DNA of 34,304 nucleotides from a virus (Duplodnaviria; Heunggongvirae; Uroviricota; Caudoviricetes): IMG/VR virus record IMGVR_UViG_2703718827_000010, positions 1 to 34,304 of that record; one strand, 5' to 3'. Shown piece by piece: positions 25,704 to 34,304 of this stretch (position 1 is its first letter; each line of letters starts with the position of its first letter). The notes under the pieces were generated by a model. It saw only the letters and a program-made list of their open reading frames with translations, ran no database searches and was not told where the DNA came from. The position numbers and the translations under genes were made by a program.

Positions 25704-25772
25704 GGTTACAAATGGTTTGTGAAAGGTGTGCACAGCATCGCGAGTGGATAAAAAAGTGGGCGAAAATAGCGT

Positions 25773-25985
25773 ATGAACGAGCAACTGGCAAACGAGCTGA
25801 TAGCGGCGCTGCGGGAACAAGCCGCAGCCCAGAGAGAACAGACGGAAGCGATAAGCCGTCTGGCTGAATCAAACGCAGCTCTGCGTGATGTCATTATCCA
25901 GTCACTGTCCGAAGATGAAGAAATTGATACTACTTCATTAGGCAATGAGCGACCCGTTTACTTGAGTCAAAGACCGAGGGGGTGA
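25773..25985 (+). CDS. Hypothetical small coiled-coil protein
   Basis: 70-aa ORF; an alternative 50-codon ORF in another frame starts at 25712. Confidence 0.4.
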   Translation: MNEQLANELIAALREQAAAQREQTEAISRLAESNAALRDVIIQSLSEDEEIDTTSLGNERPVYLSQRPRG

Positions 25986-25986
25986 T

Positions 25987-26319
25987 ATGCAAGCCGGGAA
26001 ATTGCGTCACAGGGTTACCCTGCAGGAGCCGGTAAAAGAACAGAACACTACAACGGGAGCAGTAATTAATACCTGGCGCTATGTCGCAACTATCTGGGCC
26101 GAAATATCCCCCTTATCAGCACGGGAGTTTATAGCGGCCCAGGCATCACAGGGCGAAATAACAACGCGCATAACTATTCGTTACCGTGCAGGTATTACCC
26201 GGAAGCACCGTATTCTCTTTCGTGGATCAGTATTCAACATTGAGGGCGTTCTTCCGGACCCGAAAAGTGGTCGTGAATATTTGACGCTTCCTTGTTCTGA
26301 GGGGGTAAACGATGGCTGA
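25987..26319 (+). CDS. Head closure / head-tail adaptor protein
   Basis: 110 aa, conserved order in HK97-like morphogenesis modules. Confidence 0.6.
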   Translation: MQAGKLRHRVTLQEPVKEQNTTTGAVINTWRYVATIWAEISPLSAREFIAAQASQGEITTRITIRYRAGITRKHRILFRGSVFNIEGVLPDPKSGREYLTLPCSEGVNDG

Positions 26320-26851
26320 TAGTGTTGAAGTAAACCTTACCGGACTCGAGTCACTGCTTGGAAAAATGGAGGCTGTCTCCGAAGTTACCCGAAATAAAGC
26401 TGGCCGTTCTGCGCTGCGTAAGGCTGCGAATATAATCAGGGATCGCGCCAGAAGTAACGCAGCCAGAGTTGATGATCCCCTCACCAAAGAGGCGATATAT
26501 AAAAATATCGTCGCCAGCTTCAGCAGCAAACAATTTCGCAGGACGGGTGATCTGGCATTTCGTGTTGGGGTAATGGGCGGCGCCAGTCAGTATGCAAACA
26601 CAAAGGCTAATGTAAGGAAAGGCAGGGCTGGGAAAACGTTCAGAACACTGGGTGATAAAAGCAATCCTGGCGGCGATACCTGGTACTGGCGTTTTCTCGA
26701 GTTTGGAATCGAACATGCCGCCGCAAAGCCTGTACTGCGACCGGCGATGAATGGTGTTGATACCGCAGTAATCAGCGTTTTCGCAGAAGAAATGGAGAAA
26801 GCTATCGATCGCGCAGTAAGGCGTGCCGCCAAAAAAGGAACAACAGCATGA
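26312..26851 (+). CDS. Tail completion protein (HK97 gp10-like)
   Basis: 179 aa, overlapping start with previous gene. Confidence 0.6.
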   Translation: MADSVEVNLTGLESLLGKMEAVSEVTRNKAGRSALRKAANIIRDRARSNAARVDDPLTKEAIYKNIVASFSSKQFRRTGDLAFRVGVMGGASQYANTKANVRKGRAGKTFRTLGDKSNPGGDTWYWRFLEFGIEHAAAKPVLRPAMNGVDTAVISVFAEEMEKAIDRAVRRAAKKGTTA

Positions 26852-27213
26852 TTGCTCCAGTTTTTGCCGTCTGTTCGACAGACCCGAAAGTAAAAGAGCT
26901 GCTCGGTGCTCACCCGGTAAGGCTTTATCCGTTTGGCATGCTTGATGATGTTCTGGTGTACCCCTACGCAGTCTGGCAGAACGTGGGCGGGGAACCTGAA
27001 AATTACCTGAGTCAGAACCCTGACATCGACCGTTATTCCATTCAGGTGGATGTATATGGCGACACCGATGAAGATGCTCTTGCTGTGGCGCGAGCATTAC
27101 GCGATGTCATTCAGCGCAAGGCTTACATTACCCGCTGGGACGCGCAGGGCAGAGACACGGTAACCCTCAAATACCGCTATTCATTCGACGTTGACTGGTT
27201 GGTCAACCGATAA
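26848..27213 (+). CDS. Tail terminator / tail completion protein (DUF3168-like)
   Basis: 121 aa directly upstream of major tail protein. Confidence 0.55.
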   Translation: MIAPVFAVCSTDPKVKELLGAHPVRLYPFGMLDDVLVYPYAVWQNVGGEPENYLSQNPDIDRYSIQVDVYGDTDEDALAVARALRDVIQRKAYITRWDAQGRDTVTLKYRYSFDVDWLVNR

Positions 27214-27233
27214 CTCAAAACCACTCACATCAC

Positions 27234-27256
27234 ACCGGCTATAAGCCGGTTTTTTT
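27234..27256 (+). terminator. Hairpin plus T-run immediately upstream of major tail gene RBS
   Basis: Stem ACCGGC / GCCGGT with TATAA loop followed by TTTTTT then ATATCCGGAG and the start codon. Confidence 0.45.
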
Positions 27257-27266
27257 ATATCCGGAG

Positions 27267-27770
27267 ATGACTATGTCAGTAGTGACTCAAGGCACGCAGC
27301 TCTTTGTTCTCGCTAACGGCGCTGTGAGCGAAGTGGAATGCATCACAGCATTTTCACCCGGCGGTAACCCCGCCGACCAGATTGAAGATACCTGCCTGAG
27401 CGAGCGCAGCACGCGTACCTATAAAAAGGGTTTACGTACTCCGGCTGCGGCAACATTAACCCTCAACGCAGATCCTGCCAACGCCAGCCATCTTATGCTG
27501 CACAGTCTGGCTGAGTCTGATAATCAGCAGGACCTGACCTGGGCGGTGGGATGGGCTGACGGCGAGTCAGAGCCAACAGCTGCAACTGGTGCCGATCCTG
27601 ATGCGGTAGATGGCCTGTCACTTCCAGACGACCGCACCTGGTTTGTTTTCAAAGGTAAGGTGACTGATTTCCCGTTCGACTTTGCAGCGAACACTGTGGT
27701 CGCCACTTCCGCTACGGTCCAGCGCTCAGGTCCTTCTGTTTGGGTACCAAAAGCGCAAGCTGGCAGTTAA
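27267..27770 (+). CDS. Major tail (tube) protein
   Basis: 167 aa; second ATG at 27273 has better spacing from GGAG. Confidence 0.6.
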   Translation: MTMSVVTQGTQLFVLANGAVSEVECITAFSPGGNPADQIEDTCLSERSTRTYKKGLRTPAAATLTLNADPANASHLMLHSLAESDNQQDLTWAVGWADGESEPTAATGADPDAVDGLSLPDDRTWFVFKGKVTDFPFDFAANTVVATSATVQRSGPSVWVPKAQAGS

Positions 27771-27823
27771 TTGATATGCGGGGTAAATCCCCGCAAACCT
27801 TAAGTATTCAAGGAGAATAAGTC

Positions 27824-28306
27824 ATGCAGCTTACCCTCAATAATCTGAAAGAAGCTGGGGCTTTCACTGGCCGCCCAATTGAGAAGGAAATTACTTGGAA
27901 GCAGGGCGATGAAGAACTGACTGCTACTGTTTTTATCCGACCAGCGGGCTATCATGCTGCAACTCAGGGCATTCAGGCCAGCGCCGGTAAGATTGATGGC
28001 GTGGCTGGTTATATCGCGGCTGCAGTGTGCGATGAGGCTGGTAATCCCGTATTTACTGCGAAGGATATTACTGGTGAGGCCGACCCTGAACGCGGCGCCC
28101 TAGATGGTGCACTAACGGTGGCGCTACTGGTTGCCATTCAGGAGGTGAATGAGTTGGGAAAGACGACCTCACGGCTGAAGATGAAGTCTGGTGCGAGCTC
28201 GTCCTCAATGGCATCGGGGGAAGGACAATCGCAGAAGCTCAAGAGCGACTCAGCCTTAGAGAATTCCATCTCTGGCTCAGATACCGAAGCCGGTACGGTG
28301 GCCTAA
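27824..28306 (+). CDS. Tail assembly chaperone (lambda G-like)
   Basis: 160 aa between major tail and tape measure; contains slippery heptamer G_GGA_AAG at 28156-28162 in the zero frame. Confidence 0.7.
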   Translation: MQLTLNNLKEAGAFTGRPIEKEITWKQGDEELTATVFIRPAGYHAATQGIQASAGKIDGVAGYIAAAVCDEAGNPVFTAKDITGEADPERGALDGALTVALLVAIQEVNELGKTTSRLKMKSGASSSSMASGEGQSQKLKSDSALENSISGSDTEAGTVA

Positions 28307-28467
28307 ATCCCATGATGAGGACAGAGTGGGGGGCCGCGATGGTCGCCTCAGTGGTGGCGAATGTCAATAAAGGAAAGGATACTCCTTCGTTCCGCGTCAG
28401 TGATTTTTCCCCTCACATTAACGAGCCTGCCATTTCTTTGGATCAGGCCATGCAGGAATGGGCATAG
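27824..28467 (+). CDS. Predicted -1 frameshift fusion product of tail chaperone (GT-like); slip at 28156-28162, -1 frame read to TAG 28465-28467
   Basis: Heptamer G GGA AAG in-frame; -1 frame open from 28162 to 28467 (checked codon by codon). Confidence 0.6.
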
Positions 28468-28531
28468 GTTTACTTGCTCTGGGCGGAGGTAACTACACGA
28501 GGTAAATCGGGCATAACAACTATTCAGCCAA

Positions 28532-28557
28532 ACCCGCTTAACTGCGGGTTTTCCTTC
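28532..28557 (+). terminator. Terminator-like hairpin upstream of lipoprotein moron
   Basis: Stem ACCCGC / GCGGGT (same stem as tR'-like terminator at 14958) with TTAACT loop followed by TTTTCCTTC. Confidence 0.45.
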
Positions 28558-28651
28558 TGAGGTCGATTGAGATCAACAAATCGGCGTTTGCCGTTGCAGT
28601 AAAGAACTTTTTGGTTAAGATGTTTCCGATTGCAATCAAAGGGAACAATTA

Positions 28652-29335
28652 ATGAAAAAGATTTTAGCTTTGGCGCTTGGAGCGCTTTTACTGTCTGGAT
28701 GTACTGCTCCAGTTTACAATTACATTCCTCAGGAAAAGAGCTTTAGCGTTCCGCCATTGAATACTTCAACAACAACATATGTTGGCGAGGAAATGGTTAA
28801 ACAAGGTGTAGACTCAAGTAGCGATGCTATTCACTTCGAGCAGTCTACGCAAATTGGTGAAAGCTTTTATTATGTTATCCCAGCAGGTGACTACGCTAAA
28901 GTCGGTCAAAAGGGAGACTCGGAGTTTTTCAGCGGAATCAATAGCCGGACTGGGGCAGTCATACCTTATAGGCCAATGATTAACGATCCTGTTAAAAATA
29001 TTCAATTAAAAAACTCAGGTGAAATTTGCATCATCACCGTATTTAACGGGACAAAGTGCGATACAGGTAAATCCTACAGCAAGGTCAAACTGAATTCATC
29101 GGTTAAAAGCTCTTTCCAGCAGACGCTAATCTATAACGGAAAGGTTGGTAATAAAATAAATATTGGTTATAGGGAGTATTCGGATGGCTTGGCTCGCCCC
29201 GCCTTTTCGAATGAAGTTGAATATGATCTCTCTGAATCCAAAACAATTCGCTACAAGGGCGCGATACTTGATATCCTTGAAGCCAATAACCAATCAATAA
29301 CTTTTAAGTTAACACGAAATTTCAACACGCAATAA
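28652..29335 (+). CDS. Secreted lipoprotein moron (227 aa) inserted between tail chaperone and tape measure genes
   Basis: Signal peptide MKKILALALGALLLSGC with lipobox LSGC, +2 Thr; AT-rich; flanked by hairpins. Confidence 0.75.
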   Translation: MKKILALALGALLLSGCTAPVYNYIPQEKSFSVPPLNTSTTTYVGEEMVKQGVDSSSDAIHFEQSTQIGESFYYVIPAGDYAKVGQKGDSEFFSGINSRTGAVIPYRPMINDPVKNIQLKNSGEICIITVFNGTKCDTGKSYSKVKLNSSVKSSFQQTLIYNGKVGNKINIGYREYSDGLARPAFSNEVEYDLSESKTIRYKGAILDILEANNQSITFKLTRNFNTQ

Positions 29336-29355
29336 AACCGTTGTTTCCTATCTAA

Positions 29356-29379
29356 ACCCAGCTCAGGCTGGGTTTTTTT
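29356..29379 (+). terminator. Hairpin plus T-run upstream of tape measure gene RBS
   Basis: Stem ACCCAGC / GCTGGGT with TCAG loop followed by TTTTTTT then ATATCTGGAG and start codon. Confidence 0.5.
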
Positions 29380-29394
29380 ATATCTGGAGTTTAC

Positions 29395-31812
29395 ATGGCT
29401 GGCAAATCCCTGGGTACACTGACGATTGATCTGATAGCCAAAGTTGGAGGATTCGTTGGCGGTCTTAGCCAAGCTGAAAGAGCATCACAAAAATGGCGAA
29501 AGCAAGTCCAGGATGATGCAAAGGCAGTAGCAACAGCATTTACAGGATTTGCCACTGCGGCAAGCGCCGCTGCTGTTGGGGTGGGCGTTGCTGGGTTTAA
29601 TCTTTTAAAAACAACATCAAAGCAAATTACTGAGACAGATCGCTGGGCTAAGTCGCTCAACATGTCCACACAGTCCTTGCTTGCCTGGCAGTACGCCGCT
29701 GAGAAAGCGGGAGTTTCTGGGGATCAGATGGCCGATATCTTCAAAGATATTGGCGACAAGATTGGTGATGCGGTACTAAATAAATCAGGCGAGGCGGTTG
29801 ATGCGCTTAACGCCTTAGGCCTGTCCGCAAAAAAACTGGCCGGAGAGTCCCCCGATAAGCAGCTGCTGGCCATTAGTGATGCGCTGGGCAAGATAAATAC
29901 CAATGCTGAAAAGACAACAATTCTTGAGAGCCTTGGGAATGACCTATCCAAGCTGCTTCCGCTTCTTGATCAGGGTGGCGAGAAGCTTCGCCAGTATATG
30001 GATGCGGCCAAGAAATTTGGCGTAGCGCCGAATGATGCTGATATTGAGAAACTGGTCAAAGTTAACTCCTTGTTTGAAGACATGGAGACGCAAGTAAATG
30101 GCGTAAAAATTGAAATTGCTACCGGCCTGGCAAACGTTGATTTGTCGGGACTCCAGAAATCCATCACTGATATGGGTAATGTATTTAAAGACCCGGCGGT
30201 GATTCAGGGAATAACAGATCTGGTTGGCGGAGTGGTTGACCTGGCAACATGGCTTGTAAAGGTAGGGGCTGAGGCCGGTAAGCTAATTGATCTCTATAAA
30301 GGCGGCCAGTCCGTAGGTGCAAATGCATCCCTTGATGAAATAGAGAGGCGGATAAAAAATCTTCAAGCCGACCTTGATGACAAAGGTTTCCTTGCTGACG
30401 TAAACCGAATCGGCATGGATACCGCTGGTAAAAGGGCGGAGCTTGAACAGCTTCAACGCCGTGCTTCGCTAATTAAGTCGCTTAATAACCTTCCGCTTAC
30501 CCCTGCAACCGTATCAGGTAAAGGAGTAACTAAAACTAATTTCAACCTTGGCGCAGGGGAAAGTAACGGCAAGACATCTCCTGACGCTGGAGCTAAAAAG
30601 CTTGAGAGTGCGTTTAAAGCTACTGAGTTGGCCTATCAGAAACAAATCGCCCTTATAGATACGACCGGAAAGAAAGTAACCGAGGTCACTGAACTTCAGC
30701 GCCTTCAGTTTGATATCGCGGACGGTAAATTAACAGGCCTGAACGAGACTCAAAAAACGCGACTTACCCAGCTCGCCACTGAAGTCGACAGACTCAATGA
30801 TATTAAGAAGCTGAACCAAGAAAATCTAAAGTTGGCAGAGTTTATCATTAACCTGCAAACCTCAAACCGAAACGATAAAGCATCGCTGGATATTGATATT
30901 GCTGGCAGATGGTTAGGGGATGAAGAGCGTGAACGCATGCGTGAACGTCTCAGAATTGAGGCTGACTTCCTTTCCCAGCAGGCAGACCTTCAGAAACAAT
31001 ATCAGTCTGGTGATATTACCAAAAGTCTGTACGACCGAGAAACTGAAGCTCTTAACGACTCGCTCGCAGAGCGCCTCCGCATTCAGGAGGAATATTATCA
31101 ACAAGTTGATCAGCTCAGAAATGATGGTACTGCTGGTTTTGTTTCAGGACTGGCCACGCAGATTGAAGCCTCTATGGATCTGTACAGCAATATGCAGGAG
31201 GTTGGTGCGCAGGCATTCAGCAGCTTAACCGATATGATCGTCGAGTGGGCTGAAACCGGAAAAATGAACGTGAAAGACTTCGCATCCACGTTTATTCAGT
31301 CTATGGGCGCAGCCCTGCTCCAGTACGCGGCAGCTCAGGTTGCAATGGCCGCTCTGCAAGCCTTCACCGCTATGATTGGTGTTCCATATGTCGGGCCAGC
31401 TCTGGCAGGTCCAGCCGCTACAGCTGCAGCAGCCAGCGCCGGGGTGCTGATGCTTGGAGTCAGCACGGCTCTTAAAGGTCAGGCTCATGACGGCATCGAC
31501 TCAGTACCTGAAACGGGGACATGGCTTTTACAAAAAGGCGAGCGGGTTACTACAGCTAAAACCAGCGCAAAACTGGACGCCACCCTTGACCGTGTTGGCA
31601 GGCAATCAACTGGCGGCCAGGCCCCAAACATCAATATACCCTTGGAAATTCACGGCGATCCCGACCAGCGCACCCTGATGCTTATTGAAGGTGCGGTGAT
31701 GCGTGGAGCTAAATTAGGGTACCAGATGACCACCAACGATCTGGCTTCTGGAGCCGGAAAGGCGTCCAAGGCGCTTAAAGGCGGGTGGACGGTAGGAAGG
31801 AAGCAAGGCTGA
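29395..31812 (+). CDS. Tail tape measure protein
   Basis: 805 aa, Ala/Gly-rich hydrophobic segments and long coiled-coil stretches, canonical position. Confidence 0.85.
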   Translation: MAGKSLGTLTIDLIAKVGGFVGGLSQAERASQKWRKQVQDDAKAVATAFTGFATAASAAAVGVGVAGFNLLKTTSKQITETDRWAKSLNMSTQSLLAWQYAAEKAGVSGDQMADIFKDIGDKIGDAVLNKSGEAVDALNALGLSAKKLAGESPDKQLLAISDALGKINTNAEKTTILESLGNDLSKLLPLLDQGGEKLRQYMDAAKKFGVAPNDADIEKLVKVNSLFEDMETQVNGVKIEIATGLANVDLSGLQKSITDMGNVFKDPAVIQGITDLVGGVVDLATWLVKVGAEAGKLIDLYKGGQSVGANASLDEIERRIKNLQADLDDKGFLADVNRIGMDTAGKRAELEQLQRRASLIKSLNNLPLTPATVSGKGVTKTNFNLGAGESNGKTSPDAGAKKLESAFKATELAYQKQIALIDTTGKKVTEVTELQRLQFDIADGKLTGLNETQKTRLTQLATEVDRLNDIKKLNQENLKLAEFIINLQTSNRNDKASLDIDIAGRWLGDEERERMRERLRIEADFLSQQADLQKQYQSGDITKSLYDRETEALNDSLAERLRIQEEYYQQVDQLRNDGTAGFVSGLATQIEASMDLYSNMQEVGAQAFSSLTDMIVEWAETGKMNVKDFASTFIQSMGAALLQYAAAQVAMAALQAFTAMIGVPYVGPALAGPAATAAAASAGVLMLGVSTALKGQAHDGIDSVPETGTWLLQKGERVTTAKTSAKLDATLDRVGRQSTGGQAPNINIPLEIHGDPDQRTLMLIEGAVMRGAKLGYQMTTNDLASGAGKASKALKGGWTVGRKQG

Positions 31813-32282
31813 TGGCTATTTCAACAAGCATTAACTATCCGCATGACGCACTGCCCGTACCGCTACAGGAAGGGTATGGGCTGCGCCCCGTAAGCCCAAT
31901 AGCCAGAACGCAAATGACCAGCGGGCGAGCGCGGCAACGTCGACGTTACACATCAACTCCCACTGTTGCCACAGTCGACTGGTTACTGACTGATTCTGAG
32001 GCTCAGGCGTTTGAGGCGTGGTACCGCGATGCCATCACAGATGGAGCTGCCTGGTTCAATATGAACTTGCGAACACCGGGAGGGGAGGCGGCAAAAGTAT
32101 GTCGCTTTACGGATATCTACCAGGGGCCATTTCTGGAAGGCGGAAACTTCTGGCGCTATTCAGCTGAGCTTGAATTATACGAGCGCCCATTACTTCCGCC
32201 TGGCTGGGGCAATTTCCCCGGGCTGGTTGCGGGCTCCGACATTATCGATGTGGCATTAAACAGGGAGTGGCCTGAAGCATGA
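31812..32282 (+). CDS. Minor tail protein (start at ATG 31812 overlapping tape measure stop)
   Basis: TGATG overlap with tape measure stop; 156 aa; position-based assignment. Confidence 0.55.
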   Translation: MAISTSINYPHDALPVPLQEGYGLRPVSPIARTQMTSGRARQRRRYTSTPTVATVDWLLTDSEAQAFEAWYRDAITDGAAWFNMNLRTPGGEAAKVCRFTDIYQGPFLEGGNFWRYSAELELYERPLLPPGWGNFPGLVAGSDIIDVALNREWPEA

Positions 32283-32761
32283 CAATACTTAACCGGCTTT
32301 ATGCCAGCGGTGGGGATGAGGTCATCATCGATACGTTGCAAATAACCGTCGGTGGCCACGACTACTGGCTGACCCGCGGATGGGATGATGTAACTGTCAC
32401 CCTGGAGAATGGCGCTCACGCAACATTCCTGGCCTCAGCCATTGATGTGGCTTTACCGGCACGCAATGCAGATGGCACGCAGGATCTGAAATTCGCCATC
32501 AGCAATATCGAGGGGGTTGTTTCAACAGCTATCCGCGATGCGCTGGATAATCTCAGCGATGCCCGGCTGACATTTCGGCGCTATCTGTCTACAGACCTGT
32601 CATCTCCAGCAACACCGCCTTTTGCTCTCGCGATAAAAGAGGGGTACTGGACGGCGACAGAGGTGCAAATCACCGCTGGCTACATGAATATTCTCGACAC
32701 GGCGTGGCCTCGCTACCGCTACACGCTGCCGAACTTCCCTGGTCTCCGTTACCTGCAGTAG
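32279..32761 (+). CDS. Minor tail protein (DUF1833-like)
   Basis: 160 aa, ATGA overlap with previous gene. Confidence 0.55.
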   Translation: MTILNRLYASGGDEVIIDTLQITVGGHDYWLTRGWDDVTVTLENGAHATFLASAIDVALPARNADGTQDLKFAISNIEGVVSTAIRDALDNLSDARLTFRRYLSTDLSSPATPPFALAIKEGYWTATEVQITAGYMNILDTAWPRYRYTLPNFPGLRYLQ

Positions 32762-32769
32762 GAAATTTC

Positions 32770-33150
32770 ATGTTCAATCCTGATAAATACCTCTCCGTCA
32801 CCTGGCGGATGGGCGGGCGTACTTACCCTATTCTGGACTGTTACGGGGTAATCCATGAAGTGCGGCGCGATCTCGGCCTTCCAGAATGGCCTGTTTTTGA
32901 GGGTGTTATTAACGAAGGCTGTCAGATGAATGACACCTGCAATAGCTTCCGAAGCAGGGTTCAGAAATGCGAGCCGGAAGAGGGTGCTGTCGCGGCCTGT
33001 TATACCGCTGGTCTAGTCACGCATCTGGGGATCGCTGTCAACGTGAACGGAGCGTTGCATATCCTAGAGGCAAACCCCAAGCGCAACGTGACCATCCTTC
33101 CGCTGGCACGTTTTCTCCGCCAGTACGTCAAAGTGGAGTTCTATAAGTGA
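32770..33150 (+). CDS. Tail-associated NlpC/P60-family peptidase domain protein (start at internal ATG 32770)
   Basis: Candidate catalytic Cys in LDCYGVIHEV and His in VTHLGIAVNVNGALHILEAN; track ORF begins at 32704. Confidence 0.6.
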   Translation: MFNPDKYLSVTWRMGGRTYPILDCYGVIHEVRRDLGLPEWPVFEGVINEGCQMNDTCNSFRSRVQKCEPEEGAVAACYTAGLVTHLGIAVNVNGALHILEANPKRNVTILPLARFLRQYVKVEFYK

Positions 33151-34304
33151 CGATCCGAATTTACCCATCCCGGCTTGAAGGCGAGCCGCTGGAGACGCAT
33201 CAGCATGCCAGCACCACCATTGCCGACTGGTTTGCCTGTATCGTGCAGGGCTGGAAGTTTGATATGGCCCATCCGGTGGCGGTAGATGTGAATGGTGTTT
33301 CGATTCCCCCTGGCGAGTGGGGGATGAAGATTATTGACACGGATGATGACGTAAGAATTTTCCCCGTTCCGTTTGGGCCTGCTGCTCCTGCATGGCTGGT
33401 ATGGACTGCGGTAGCCGTCGCTGTAGCCTCGGCGGCTTATTCTATCTACATGATTACCTCGATGTCTCAGCCTGGCAGTAGTGGTGGGGCTCAGCCTGGT
33501 AACGGAGACCAGATTGATCTCAATCCTGCTAAAGCGAATACGGCTCAATTGGGTGCAGCAATCCGGGAAATCTTTGGCAAGTATCGCGTCTGGCCTGATT
33601 ACGTCGTGCAGCCGGTAAGCCGGTTCGTGAACGAGACCAGTATGGAAACCAGTATGTTCCTGTGTGTGGGTGTCGGCGACATGGTGATTAACCAGTCCGA
33701 TATCCGGATCGGTAATACGCCGATCTCCGCGTTTGGTACCGACGTTCGCTACACCCTCTATCCACCTGGGGCCACGGTATCCGGTGACACGCGTACCGAA
33801 AACTGGTTCAACTCACCAGAGGTCGGCAATACCGGCTCCGGTACCGCCGGGCTGGACCTGGGCTCAAGCGGACCGGAGACGGTCAGTATTATCGCTGATG
33901 CGCTGGTCGTGTCCGGAAACTCCATCACGCTGGTTGACGTATCGTCGTCTGGCGATGAGGAGATCCCGCCGTCGTGGACTGTCGGAACGGTCATCACCGT
34001 GCTGGCGCCAAACTCTTATACAGTTGTGTCTTCCGCCGGTTACAGCGTGATTTATGGCGGGGTGGAGGAGTTGGCTCCAGTGGTCGGAATGCCAGTGTCC
34101 CTGAACTATAACGGCAATGACTATGACCTGTTTATCGCCAGCTATGCCCCGGGTGTTCCGGCTGTGCCGGGGGTAGGCGGAAGCGCCGCCAGCATTACGG
34201 CCAGCGCCGCGCCGACGACCTACGATTTCAGCAGCACGCCTGTGACGTTCAGCATCAGTTGGAAGGGCACGACCTATCCGGTATCGCTGGTCACCAACTA
34301 CGTC
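33147..34304 (+). CDS. Tail tip protein: gpI-like N-terminal segment continuing in-frame into host-specificity (J-like) sequence; partial, runs off window end
   Basis: GTG start with GGAG RBS overlapping previous stop (GTGA); no stop codon in this frame to position 34304 (checked); hydrophobic segment AWLVWTAVAVAVASAAYSIYMIT; not in ORF track because no stop in window. Confidence 0.55.
   Translation, partial: MTIRIYPSRLEGEPLETHQHASTTIADWFACIVQGWKFDMAHPVAVDVNGVSIPPGEWGMKIIDTDDDVRIFPVPFGPAAPAWLVWTAVAVAVASAAYSIYMITSMSQPGSSGGAQPGNGDQIDLNPAKANTAQLGAAIREIFGKYRVWPDYVVQPVSRFVNETSMETSMFLCVGVGDMVINQSDIRIGNTPISAFGTDVRYTLYPPGATVSGDTRTENWFNSPEVGNTGSGTAGLDLGSSGPETVSIIADALVVSGNSITLVDVSSSGDEEIPPSWTVGTVITVLAPNSYTVVSSAGYSVIYGGVEELAPVVGMPVSLNYNGNDYDLFIASYAPGVPAVPGVGGSAASITASAAPTTYDFSSTPVTFSISWKGTTYPVSLVTNYV

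Noticed and set aside
26351-27097. 248-aa minus-strand ORF across the tail completion genes
   Set aside because: Antisense to two well-placed plus-strand genes; Cys/His/Arg-rich unnatural composition.

Overview
This window is about 34 kb of an integrated temperate lambdoid prophage (siphovirus-type, HK97-like head module), most likely from an enterobacterial host (inference from Rz/Rz1 spanins and an argU-like tRNA). All calls rest on reading the sequence and the supplied ORF track; no database search or GC computation was run. Gene order, left to right: P4-like tyrosine integrase (+), an AT-rich three-gene cargo cassette (+), a convergent AlpA/Xis-like gene and a block of early-left genes on the minus strand (zinc-ribbon proteins, ParB-like nuclease-domain protein), a phage-encoded tRNA-Arg(UCU) in a highly structured non-coding region, a cI-like HTH/S24 repressor (-) divergent from cro (+) with repeated operator-like motifs, then cII-like regulator, O-like replication initiator with in-gene iterons, MT-A70 adenine methyltransferase, a LexA DNA-binding-domain-only protein, RusA, Rha/KilAC antirepressor, NinG/DUF968-like protein and a Q-like gene followed by a tR'-like terminator. 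Next come an AT-rich moron in the Q-to-lysis slot, two holin-like genes, a GH19-type endolysin, Rz with embedded Rz1, HNH endonuclease, small and large terminase, portal, prohead protease, major capsid, connector and tail-completion genes, major tail protein, tail chaperone with a G_GGA_AAG -1 frameshift site, an AT-rich lipoprotein moron inserted before the tape measure gene, minor tail proteins, an NlpC/P60 protein, and a tail-tip ORF that runs off the window end. Three AT-rich cargo loci interrupt the conserved backbone (1171-2937, 14982-15905, 28560-29350). The strongest candidate for an undescribed system is the integrase-proximal three-gene cassette at 1262-2917 (one mostly soluble protein plus two small membrane proteins), which I could not assign to any known phage function.
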